Positions 52,061 to 64,000 of a stretch of 64,000 nucleotides of DNA are shown here, piece by piece. Origin of the DNA: Trichoplax adhaerens (taxonomy: Eukaryota; Animalia; Placozoa); assembly GCF_000150275.1 (NCBI RefSeq), contig NW_002060944.1, forward strand, positions 9,200,159 to 9,264,158, read 5' to 3'. The position numbers were made by a program, and so were the translations under genes. How positions within the stretch are numbered: position 1 is the first letter of the stretch; each line of letters opens with the position of its first letter. Below the pieces are notes generated by a model that worked only from the letters and a program-made list of their open reading frames with translations, was not told where the DNA came from and searched no databases.

Positions 52061-53271
52061 TGATGTCTTTTAATTAGCATCATTATGGTTAATAGTCAAT
52101 TTCTATACGGAAATAATATAACGAACAATGCACCGAAATTAAATAGAATAAATTGCTTGTTTACAGTGGTAGAAGGAAATCAGCTGATCCTCAAATCAGT
52201 TCATTTAAATACTAGTTTGAAAGTAAGATACCGGAATAAATTAATGAACACTTATTCTAATTTCTGACACATTTAAATCTAAAATATATCGAAGGAGGTA
52301 CAGAAATGAGTTTTTGGACGGATTAATGTACGTACATTAAAGGTTTTGGCGAATTAATTTCTTTGGGCAATGATTTTATATAAATACGTAATTAATTAAA
52401 CCAAGCAAGACTTTTGCCGCTAATCCATAGTTAAAATGCAGACTATAACATAAATCTTGATAAAATATTTGTTAGGGTAACAGTAGTTTAATGCGATAGC
52501 ATGCGGATCATAACGCTTTCAATCATCATAGAACTTGTACTATTATATCTATAGGAACTTTGTAATAGTCAGCACTAGATATTTTCCTATTTACCGACAC
52601 ATATTTAATTTCTTTTGCAAGTAACGTATACCAGTATAATAAAATTACGATATAGGCACGCATCCATGACTTGTTGGTCAAATCAAACGAATGTATCAAG
52701 TTGAAATAAACTTTATTTGCAACGTACAGTAGCATACTAATTATGCGACATCACTTCTCTAATAATAAGAAACGCATTCCACAACAGTTAGATTCGCATT
52801 ACAATATTCAAATGTGAGATTAGTCATTGGTAACAGATTACCAAACAACGATGGCAAAGGATTTCGAAATATATAAATTTATGTGTGTATATGTACAAAG
52901 ATTGCAAATACAAATATAAAATGGTTGAGCAATATGGCTATTTAAACATACAGATAGCCTAGCATTTAATTAGAAGGATGACTCTGGCAGTGAAAATCAC
53001 TTTTCTGTATGTATCAATGAATAAATTTTGACGAGTAAAAAATTGGATAATATTTAAATATGTACAATTACAGTAAACGCAACTCAAAGATAGGGATTTT
53101 TCGCAACTAAGCATACTTTGTGTCATATAATAGCTATATGTATCTCTCATGAGTACCTAAAGACTGGTAGCAAAATAATTAGCAATAAGAATTACTAAGG
53201 GGTCATGTTATAAATAAACAGGTCGATTAATTAGCGTTACAAAATGAATGCTTAATAAATTAAAACTATTC

Positions 53272-56200
53272 TTAGATCTTCTTGGAAATATTTCGCGCCA
53301 GTGGTATAGCTCCGCCATAATTAGTCTTTTTAGGAAATTTAGAATTTAAGTTCTTCGGCGTGCCTTTTTTTCTTGAATAGGGTGAAACAGTCTTTGGTGA
53401 CTGATCGAGTTTATTTCGCCTTAAAAATTCACTACTTAGAGTAACACGGTCAGCAACACTCTTTTTGTTGTATCCACGCTCTATGATGGCCGACGCAGGA
53501 CGAGATTTCTTTAATTGTACAGGATCCGATTCTAAATGACGTTTATGTCTAAGTTTTATAGAAGGCAAAGATAACGTAGAAAATCAGCATAAAAGATATT
53601 GCAATAAACAATTGAATGAAATAACCTAAATAATTCAAACATTTCATGGAACATACCCTAAATCTAATATTACAGTAGGGGATCGATTATGTTGCGATGC
53701 ACGAGCTACATTTGGAGTGTTACTAGAGCCAAAAATTCTAATAGTAACATGACCATAGCAAAGGAATAGATTATTGCGGATTGATAAGTACTTAACAAAA
53801 TGATGTCATAAAGACAAATCTACAGAGTGCTCATTTTTATACACAAAGCGATATAGATCAAATAGTGTAAAGTAATCAACACAGCAGGCTCGTAGTTTTT
53901 AATTTTTCAAAGTGTGCCACAAATTCACTCACCTTTTATTACCACGAAGATAAGGCGATTGAACACTTTGCTCAGGCTGAGGAAAACTATTTCGGTTACA
54001 AGAAAGTCATTAAGGGAGAATACAATGATTGACATAAAGATTTTGAATAAACTGAATAGTAAAACTATACATAAGAAGACAGAAAGAAACCCATACACAT
54101 TTTGTTGTAAACAAGTGAATATACGACTGATAAAGCAGTCTAATGGTAAGTAGGATAAAACGTGTGTGAAAATAGATAAAAGCCTACTTTTCTAACCTCG
54201 TTAAAATTTTTGATTTTTCTTTCTTAGAACTTTCAGTTGTTTTATTGCTACTGTTGCTTATGCAGTCAAGGAAGAATTGATTAAATCTACGTATGTGAAA
54301 TGAGCAGCATTGGTATAATACATGTATACGTGTATAGCAGATCTAATGAATTTATAAGTTCTGCAAAGTTTGACTTGATAGCGTGAGCAGTGGAACTTGT
54401 GTACACGTTCTAAAAGTTGTATCAAGATAAAGTTCAGGATACGCAGACTTCAGACGTCTGTTAAGAGATATTCGCGTTGCTCGACTTAGACCCAATGGCT
54501 TACTCTTCGCTGACGACTGTCGAGAATTCTGTTGAAACGAGTTTAACAGCGTTTAGAGCCTTACTGATTACATTTACTAACTTTAATACTAGCAATTTTC
54601 CCGTTTGCAGTAAGAATATCAAATAAATAGCGAAACTATTGTAATCATTAGCAAATCTCCTGCGAATAATTTATTAAATGTTAAAATTACAACATCCACG
54701 TTGTCATAATACAGATCAAAACCAACCTTGGTTAATCTATCATTTGCAATTATGTTCATCCGTACGTGCGAAGGAGCCGATATAAAGATATCATTTAGTG
54801 AATACCGAGCGGCTTTAAGCTAAAAAATCCACAGAATGAGAGAAGCAGTCATCTCAACTGCCGTTACGTTGTAAGAATCTATGCTTGTATAGAATTATAA
54901 TATAGTACTTGCGAAAGGATTCGCTCCCTGAATGTAAAGTCTCGAATAGATGAACGCGTATTGCCTACGTCATCTTTTAAGCTATGCAAGACGAGGTTCG
55001 AATCCTACATTAATATAAAGGACTTAGTGGAGCAATACTATATTCAGGTAAGGTCTGTTATATGCTGTAATAGAGTTACCTTAATGGTTTGAATGATAGC
55101 TTGCACTCTTTCCGTTCGAATCAATAAACGTGTCAAGAATCCCTTCGCTATAGCTGATACCTTATCAAACTGCGAGAGAAAATTATTCAGATTACGCTGA
55201 CAACCAATAAAATATTAACACGTAAATCATTATCCGCGTCTTCACACTTTAGTTTGTAGACATAATCTACAAGTATTCAACGATTCAGTAATCTCTCTTA
55301 CATACGCAAATATCTACATACGAAGAAAACTAATCTCTTACGTTGATATCATGAAGTTCCATCCAAGCCCGTATTGGAGCAATTTGCTCTTTACTAATCG
55401 TTTCGGATGAAAAATCATTTCTCATTGGCACGGTCTCAATGCTATCATCAGTATCGAATGGATCCATACTATCGTCAAATATGTATTGAGGTCTGGCAAT
55501 TACAATGCGACTGGGAGAGGCCCTTTTAATTTCATATGACGACCGAATTTTAGCATCATCGACATCATCCACACTCTGAGGATTTTCAATAGGTTCAACA
55601 ACTTGATCCATATTTAATCGACGTCTGCTAGGTGGTCGATCTTCACTAAATGCCTGTAACACTGTAGAATCGTCTACAGTAATTTATAACACATGTTAAA
55701 AGTTTCCGTATACTTTCCCTTGACAACTGTTGTATTTTATCGGTCAGACAATGCAATCTTTTTCAAAATATAATCTTAGCACAGTATACGTGTCTACCTG
55801 ACGATGCTACGCTTTCGTTATTGTCCTCTTGTGTCGGTGAATGGTAAATATCTTTATTTGGCGGACTGTAGTTTCTTAGACTGGTAAATTGGAAATTATC
55901 AACAGTTGGCATTTTCAAAGATGTACTATCACCTGTTTCAGGAGCGCGAGTGTGATGACTACCAAGGTTCTTTACAGATAGGATTTCATCCTTGATAGCT
56001 TCTTCCTGATCGCTTGGTTGTGGTGTTTGTAATGAATGCTGACTAAACTCTTTAATTAAATCCTCAACTAGTCCGGTATCGCTACTAGAATCAGCGTTTG
56101 TCTCGTTTAATTCTGTATCGTTACTAGCTAAATGTTCCTCTTTTTTGGGTGTTGCATTATCCTTTTCAGATATTCTGAAGCTGTTATCATTTTCAATGTT

Positions 56201-57807
56201 ACTTGAACTAGTGTTAGTCTCTAATGGAAATTCTTCGAGATAAGTTTCCGATTTTTTGTCGTTATTACTTTTTCTGCTATGATCAGCGCTGACGTGGTTA
56301 ACGTTGTTTATGCTGAGTACTGCCGAATCTTGTTCAGAAGGTTGTTTTGGATTCGATTCAGATACTTGCTCTAACTTTTGACGATTTCTTTTTTTCTCCT
56401 ATGGAGCAGTGGAAACAGGAATGAGAAAGATTCGGTCATAAGATTAATGATCAATTTGGTAAGATGTCATACCTCTAACACTTTCATTTTCATGTCTATA
56501 TCCTGAAGTAATTGTTTATGCTTTGCTTTCTTGGCATCCTCAAGTTTCTTTTGCCGAGCAATCGCCATGGCTTTATATTTAGCAATTTCATTCTTATAAT
56601 TATCATCGACCTGTGCATGATTTGGATTAAATTAATGTTTTATTAAGGAATACGAAGCAGAATCGAAATTGGGATGTTAATTTCAATCACACTGCAGAGG
56701 TAAACTACCCGCACTTTAATCAAATTTATACAAAATTTCTACGTTTAGGATCAAATACCAAGCACATCCCAAGTCCTAAAGCAACATGGTTGTTTGAATT
56801 AAGAATCACAGTCCCTTTTACTGTACACCGATTGATTAATCATCCATACAAGGAGTTATCGCTATACGTAACTATACTAAGATCAAAATTATTCAAGGAC
56901 TACTAGACATTTTAGCAGGTATTTCAAATTTTTCAATAATTCGTAACAAAGATTTATTTATCTATTTTGAGGTAGTGCACTTCCTTAACCTCCTGATCGA
57001 ATGAAGACTAACCATTTCAAACCATCGGAAAAGTAAACACGAGTAATACGAATATAAATATTATGCATTATAATCAATCAATCACGGTAGAGAATTTAGT
57101 TGATGCAATTCTTGTATTAATCTTTGATTCGTCTATGCGATATTACAAGTTTAAGCAGCCATACTATAGTCAATTTTTATAATTTGCTATATCTCTCTAT
57201 TAGCCCTTCTTGCTGCCAATCGACGATGACTATTTTACCTTACCAATTCTCTCGGGTTGAGTCTATTGGGATTTTATTATGCAAACTGGCAGATTGATAA
57301 AGGTATTTGAGACTTGCGTGAAGCTACACTACAATAACTGCATTCTAATTTCCTAACTGTGAATCAAGCTTAAAAATTTCATTCCTTACTCTTGTCGATG
57401 TTGTTGTGTATAGAAACATGATAGGCCTTGCCTATCCTACTAGTATTTAGTCTATCATGATCATCACTGGTATACCAGTAATCATCTCGACGATCAGTTC
57501 CAATGGATGGGTAGTCATAAAACTGACGTCAGCTAATGGAGGATTACGACGGCACGATTTGATTGAATGATTCTACCGCAATTATATCCATGAGTACTAT
57601 TAGGGCAATTGGTAGGCAAAATACGACACAGGACTCGTCCAGAATCAGGTCTGCTGGTCTTCTTGGATCAGGTTTAAGGTAGGATCGAATCAATTGCAAA
57701 GTGTAAACAGTACCTGAAGTGGAACTTACCCTGACTGGCAAAATAGGTCTGCCATTGATGCGAATACAAGAAGTTGGAAAATCTTCCTGAGCAGTTCTAC
57801 TTTCCAT
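53272..57807 (-). CDS. CCP110: Centriolar coiled-coil protein CP110
   Basis: N-terminal SCIRINGRPILP..VDDNIKNEIAKYKAMAIARQKK resembles human SLIRFHGVAILSP..KRKEMQQEKQKA. Long S/N/E-rich exon 55798-56398; RRRLNM RxL-like motif. C-terminal FDKVSAIAKGFLTRLLIRTERVQAIIQTIK..LKAARYSLNDIF..LSRATRISLNRR resembles the CP110 calmodulin-binding region. The start may extend upstream of 57807. Confidence 0.87.
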
Positions 57808-57964
57808 TATGCTTATTTCGTCCAGTTTTCCACTCAATTTACAAAGTTAAGAACGTAAAACAGGCATTACTGTCGATTCTTAGGGTTGAATTGATTTGTT
57901 GGGCAAGATCACATTAGGCTTGCCGCCATGATGGGCATTTGCAAATTTTTGAAATCTTGATCTG

Positions 57965-58150
57965 GTCCTGTACGGTACGGTAACAGTCCATTGCCGTACT
58001 GTACGGTACGGTACAAACCGTACAGTACAAGATACTGTGTTATAGTCTACCGACTACAGTACGTACTGTAGGATCGCTCAGGTAAAGGCTACAAGAGACG
58101 TTGGGGACGAATGATACTTATGCGCTAGTTAAGTCATCAATGTACAGTAT
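57965..58150. promoter_or_regulatory. Putative CCP110 (possibly bidirectional) promoter motif cluster
   Basis: 12-bp inverted repeat GTACTGTACGGT/ACCGTACAGTAC 57996-58028; perfect palindrome CTACAGTACGTACTGTAG 58054-58071; tgtacagta at 58141. Confidence 0.55.
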
Positions 58151-61028
58151 GGAGCTAAGCTGCAGTTGGGAATTCTCTATGGTCAATGCCGATGATCGGT
58201 ACCAGTAGTACCCAGGTGCGACGTCAGTCTAAACAAGGATAAGGTACCAAATGGCTAAAAGTGATACGGGGTATAGTATGGAATACAGTGCGCATCGATG
58301 ACAAGGATTTTGACAAAATTGCCAGGCCAGGCAGATTCCACTTTGGGTGATTGGAAAAATCATTTCCTCCATGCAAATATTGATTTTCTTTGAGCAATAG
58401 TTGAATAATTTGGTCGTAAATTTGGGGTTTTAGGCTCATTGAAAGTGCCTAATAAGAAGAATTAGCATTACTTTTCTTATACAACTTCTATTAGTAGAGA
58501 TAGACCGCTTTAATGCGGAGTATTTCCCTGCCAATATCTCGCAATTGGCGAGAAAATCGCCATTTTAGATGCATTTGAACACGCATTGTCTATCATCCTA
58601 CTACTTTGAAATCATTTTGCTCTACAGTTGAAAGAATTTAATCGACAATGTTACTTGTTCTCGTTCTATAGATATGCTATCTCTATATTATCTTACTACA
58701 AGCCGAAAATTTGTAAGAAGGAAAATTATAACTACAGTGATCAAATGAGACACTGCAGGCTTACTGCTAGGCCGATCTTCGACATCGACCGATGGCACGA
58801 TTCTAAATTATTCAATTATAAAATTTAGATATACGCGTACTGTAGAGTCCTTTAATGGAGTGAAAATGCAACCTAAACCCCAATCAAATTGTTGATTTTC
58901 CAACCCGAAATGAAAAAAATCGCTATACAAACACTGTATCATCACAGAAATTTTTAACCCGAATCCTACCCTCGAATCGGGTTCGAGTCGGGCTTCCGGT
59001 TGACTTTTAAGAACACTGGCGTACAGTATATTCCTATTATTGATTACTCTAAATACCGACGATCTCCCCTAGCATCAAGAGGCTGCAATATATTGCTATA
59101 TCTATATTGCTAGACATAACGGAAACCAAACTGGATTGAAAAAAAATGGACCAATTTAAAGTAAATCGATATAAACACAAATTAATTACAGCATTAGTAC
59201 ACAGATATTAATAATGGACAAGTACTCTGTTATCTATCAAAAACATGTAAGGCATCCTAGATAAATCATCATCAGTACATTCCTGGATAAGTTATCTAAA
59301 ATGAAATATATTACGACTGCTATACTTTACTGTATAAGCACTTTTGCAGCATACCTGTATAATTCATGGATGCCTGTAATACTTAACGTATAGATTACCA
59401 TTAATTCTAATTATATTTATTATGAGAACATACAGTATTACAGTATGAACTAGTAGATTATTCTACAAGATGTTGCTGTTGCTCGTGTTGTTAATCCATC
59501 TATGTCGGTCTATCACAATTTTGAATATAAATTAGCAGCATAACTTATTAAAACTCAGCATACTCTCTGTTTCGTATACTGTACGTGGATTCGGTCTTCT
59601 TGTCCGTTTCATTTTAATAGATTGATACTCACGACCAATAACTATCTCAACATCCAATTGATCGAACTTGACATCGAAATAAATATTATTAAACGTAAAT
59701 TAAAGCTTAAATTTCCATCTTCCATCTTGAGCATCCTTTTACTGAATAGGATATTGCAATACTGCATATTGCATACTATAATTAATCTTTTACAATAGGA
59801 ACAATGCTTAATAGGATGCCTTCCCACTCCAAAATTAACGAAAACTTGATATATTAATCAAACTACGCAAATAGATTTTCAAGAACGAAAATGAAATATA
59901 TCCGATTGCAGTGTACTAATCTACACAACTCAAGGAGCATTGCACTACTTGGTTTATACTGCTCTCGCAAACTCGGGATTAAAATATTAAAAAGATGTAT
60001 GAAAAATAAATCGTTGACAATGCCGCCAATTAGTCCGTCAATTCTACAATTTTAAAATCGCCATCTTGATATTTTTTCTATATGGCTCGTTTGAATAAAT
60101 ATCTTATTGCACGGATTAGCTTAGTTTTGATATTATCATAGAGAGAATAGACATAATTGCATGGTTGCGTAGCTGGAGTTAATTTATTGGATAAATGATT
60201 CTCGAATTACATAGGAAAATCGATCGATGTAGATATTAGTAATATAGCGGAATAATTATAGAATCTACCATATAGTTTTCTTACATCACTACGCAGGAGT
60301 TAAATATGCTAGCAGTCCTATAGGTTTGCTATCTATGACAGATAATATTATAATTTACCTTTGTACGTATCGAAATAGCCACCAAATACTAAATTTTATC
60401 GATGAACAGAGCTAATAGCAATTGATCTATTTATTTGAAATCATTTATGATGGATCAGAATGACTATAACTGACTTACTATAAAGCTCATTATAATTGAT
60501 ATCTACGTATGCTCTATTAATTAAGGCATCTTTTCACAAAGAGTTATAGTATTTTATGAATTCATGTATTTCAACTAATTTTCAATAAATTATCAAATTA
60601 GACCTGCTATGGAGCTCTACGGAATAGATGTCTATGAAAGATGATCTACTTCCAGCAACTGTTACTACTGTTTATATCTAAATGGCTTATGTTTATCGAA
60701 TTTGTGGATAATCAGAACTAAAGAATGACTTCTCTCTATTTACTTGAAACTAATCTATTTCAATCAGAATTTACCAAATTAGTTCTGCTATAGCATTGGC
60801 TAGAGCTGACATTGATGACAACGAAGGACTTTAATACTTATTGAGCTTATTTGTATCGGTTATCCATTAAATTATTAATGTTATGCTTTGGAGCTTTGAT
60901 TTACAACAGAATCTAATATACGAGTACTATTGATAATCTAAAAACTAAAATTGAAAGATTGATTTACAAGCCCATATAACGGTGTACATAAGAAGGAGCT
61001 AAAGCTGGGCTGATGTAAAGTAATTGGA

Positions 61029-62673
61029 TTAATAAATAGGTGGGGCAGTACTGCCTAACCACCAACTGGTAATCGATCCATCCGCGCCAGAACAAGAGAA
61101 ATCTTTTGTACATTTATTATAGCTACCAAATAGATTAGCTGTTGCTGGTGCTCCAGGTGGATAATCGCTTACTCCACATGCTGTTACTTTAGCTGGTTCT
61201 GACACGAGGAGTAGATCATGCTTATCACAGTATGATTTGCTTTCATCAACGCTCATATGCAAATGGATATCATTACGACTAAATACTGGAATTGATTTAG
61301 CGCTAAAAGAAGCTCCAAAGACGTTTCCGCTAACGCTTAAGCAATTGTCGGAAGCTAATGTTAGCCAAGCACTTTCGAAAAATAAACGTTTACTATTTTG
61401 ATCAAGGGTGCCCTTGATATAGTCATGGCCAACCGACGATGATTGGAATTGATTTGGATTAATAACTACATTGCAAGAAGACATGAACATCGTCGATTTC
61501 GAAGCAAGATATTCCATACGGGCTTTGGATAAACGATATAAATCAAGAGGAAATACAGATGAAGACGTATCTTCGTTAACAGCTGTGTCAATTGCAAAGC
61601 TGGCTGCAATTTTAGAATGAAGTGAATTGGTCTTATTGAATGATTCAATTAAAGTATAGATATCCAGTCCATCGTAATAGCACAAGACGTTATATGGCTG
61701 ATCGTTAACATCATAGACTGTCTTCTGAGCAACTTTGCTTCCTGCTTGGGGGAAATCAACGCAGGATCTGGCTTTAAAAGTTGCAGCGTTAACACACTAA
61801 AAAGTCATAATGGTAAGCATAATTAAAGCGAATGTTGGTGGTCGTAAAAATAGTTCACATAAAATATTAATAAAATTTTGAATTTAGTATAGAGTAAATG
61901 CTAGTCTTTTGATGCTACTAGCAGATATTCACTAAATTAGTAATACTTAACAAATGCTATCGTAACCAATCTGATAGCAATATTATGTGCTAAACCTTAG
62001 AGATTCCTTTATTCAATTACAATTTTTAATTAATAATATATGCTAATATCCTTTCCATCGTCTTGGTTTAATAAAAATAGCAAACAAGTCAGGTTTAACC
62101 TTGTTTTGACTATAGATATTCCGACAGTAATATTTATACTAGCTAATAAAGGAAAAAATTATCTAATTTATTCAAATACTATGTAGTAATATCTATTAAA
62201 AAAATGTTGCTTAAAAAGAGATCAACCGCGGGACTTTAGTGCCCAAGCTATTTCCTGTGTAAGGTAATGGAAGTATACGCATATAAGTAGAAATATCGGT
62301 AAAAATATACGCTGATTAAAATCTGTCAGTAGTTGAAATATTTTGCATTAGATCTATATTGCAAAGCAGTTTGATTCTATTCGCTAGCAATCTTTTTCTA
62401 TGGGAACAAATTAAAAGTTCTAAATTACAGTATTTTCATCCACTGTTTAAATTACACGAGTGATAAAAGATTTCAAGTGAAAAATTGTACTAAAAGAACG
62501 ATACGTTATCAATGATTGAGATCTACTACAAGATATCTCAAAGGATAGCTGAAAAGTAATGGATTAGCATAGTTAATGATCGAGAATTGAAATCAAGGAT
62601 AAAAAAATTGTAATAATAAACTTACACTGCATAAGAAAAGAGTCAAGAAGATGTTAGTAGCTAATTTGATCAT
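61029..62673 (-). CDS. Secreted cysteine-containing protein, fibrinogen-related/intelectin-like domain (2 exons, 271 aa)
   Basis: Exon 1 62626-62673 (MIKLATNIFLTLFLCS, donor GTAAGT) joins in phase 0 to exon 2 61029-61796 (CVNA/ATFKARSCVDF..YNVLCYYDGLDIYTLIESF..YRLSKARM..SCN..DY..NLFGSY..FSC..TSWWLG..*). Signal peptide followed by an RSC..C..(W/Y)TLI motif typical of fibrinogen/intelectin domain N-termini. The gene structure is solid; the family call is from recall. Confidence 0.72.
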
Positions 62674-64000
62674 GTTAGATTCAAATTCTTGGAATAAGAT
62701 TTCAGGTAAGTTGATGGATAGTTGAGAATTTATGTACAAGGAATCAATGGATTGATGATACCTCAAATCAAAATTCTAATGATACTTTACTGGTAATTTG
62801 TGCTGCAGAAATAATTTAAAAAGAGGTTGGATTGCACTTTTGTAGTAATTTCGAACTCTATACAAATTAAACACAATCCATAATGAATGATATCGTCCAA
62901 CATTATCATGACATCTAACCCTGGCCTTATGTTGACAATTACAATTTCATTTATTATTAACATTGTCTAGCGTGACGAGATCAAAAAATATCCTAATATA
63001 CTGTAAATAAATAAAATCTCGATCTATTTTAGTTACGTTATTTATCTAGCCTATTCAATCGGTACTGATTACATTGCATCAGATATAGAGGAGTCCATTT
63101 AATGTCGCTTACAAATTTTTTCCATAAACTGATTGCTTTTTTCATAAATTTGTGCAATTAATTCCAATTTAAAGAGTCAATTTATATGCAAGAGGAAATG
63201 GATTATCGATTTAAATAAATAAATAAGACATTAATGTCATTGATTTATTAGCTAATCCGCAGTATAATTCAATTTAGGTCATCATTATTTCACAATGACA
63301 GGATACAAGTGGATACATGATTGCATAAAGGCAATTAATTTTTAAACTAAATAGATTAACAAGTAAATATGCGGTAGGTACATATACTATATAAATTTTT
63401 ACGTATATCTAACGCATTGTTTAATTTTGTTACTAAGCTGTCTCAGGAGAATTTGGAGCTAGATTATATTCGTAATATGTGCATGAAATAGACTTAATAA
63501 TCTAAGACCGATAATCTTTTAAGCACTAAATTTAATATTGAGATCATCATAATTCTTATACGGTAGCTAACAGGCTAATTCTTAGTAAAGAGTTTCTTTA
63601 ACGAGCTAATACCTATTCTATCTTTTTGTACGTTTAATATTTATTAAACTATAATGATAGTAAGGCGTTTTTTTGCCATGAATAAGCAGAATCTTTTATG
63701 TTATAATTTGATTTTAGAATAGAGCTGGAAGCAATAATTGTTACAGGTGGAAACTTGAACCATCAGTAAAACTAACAAATCCGATCAGACTGAGTATTTA
63801 GTATCCAAAATCCAGACAATGTGTTGACGAGAGTGAGCTCAGTCGATCCTTGGATGAATAGCAAACATTCCCTTCCTTAAACTCCTACTTAGTCTTATCT
63901 ATTTTCGAGTATTATCTTATTTCCTCTCACTGAGATGTATGAATGAGAAACAATCATAAAAATGAAATAATCAACAATTCTAAGAATTTTAGAATACATC

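Noticed and set aside
58955-58998. GGTTCGAGTC B-box-like sequence with small inverted repeats
   Set aside because: No A box, cloverleaf or acceptor stem, so not a tRNA. The similar GGTTCGAATCC near 54995 overlaps a CCP110 exon end.
62686-62694. GAS/STAT sites TTCTTGGAA near the secreted-protein ATG and TTCCAGGAA at 48877-48885
   Set aside because: TTCN3GAA is expected many times by chance in 64 kb of AT-rich DNA, and no clustering was seen.

Overview
AT-rich, intron-dense eukaryotic DNA from an early-branching animal. Short GT-AG introns, human-like intron positions and the gene set suggest a placozoan such as Trichoplax; this is an inference. Nine protein-coding genes could be assembled by hand: PKA type-I regulatory subunit (+, 5' end unresolved), SDR42E1 (+), a highly divergent STAT (-), MRPS18A (-), an intronless SHMT (+), TSEN54 (-), Dachs/myosin XX (-), CCP110 (-) and a secreted fibrinogen/intelectin-like protein (-). 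Non-coding parts carry several tandem-repeat arrays and hairpins. A palindromic TACAGTA/GTACTGTAC motif recurs in clusters at housekeeping-gene 5' ends. Main points of interest: (i) the STAT keeps its SH2 phosphotyrosine pocket but stops before the usual phosphotyrosine tail and transactivation domain; (ii) the shared promoter motif; (iii) the repeat- and hairpin-rich MRPS18A/SHMT divergent promoter in front of the only intronless gene. No prokaryotic system, CRISPR array, tRNA/rRNA gene or autonomous transposon was seen. Exon coordinates were derived manually and may be off by a few bases.
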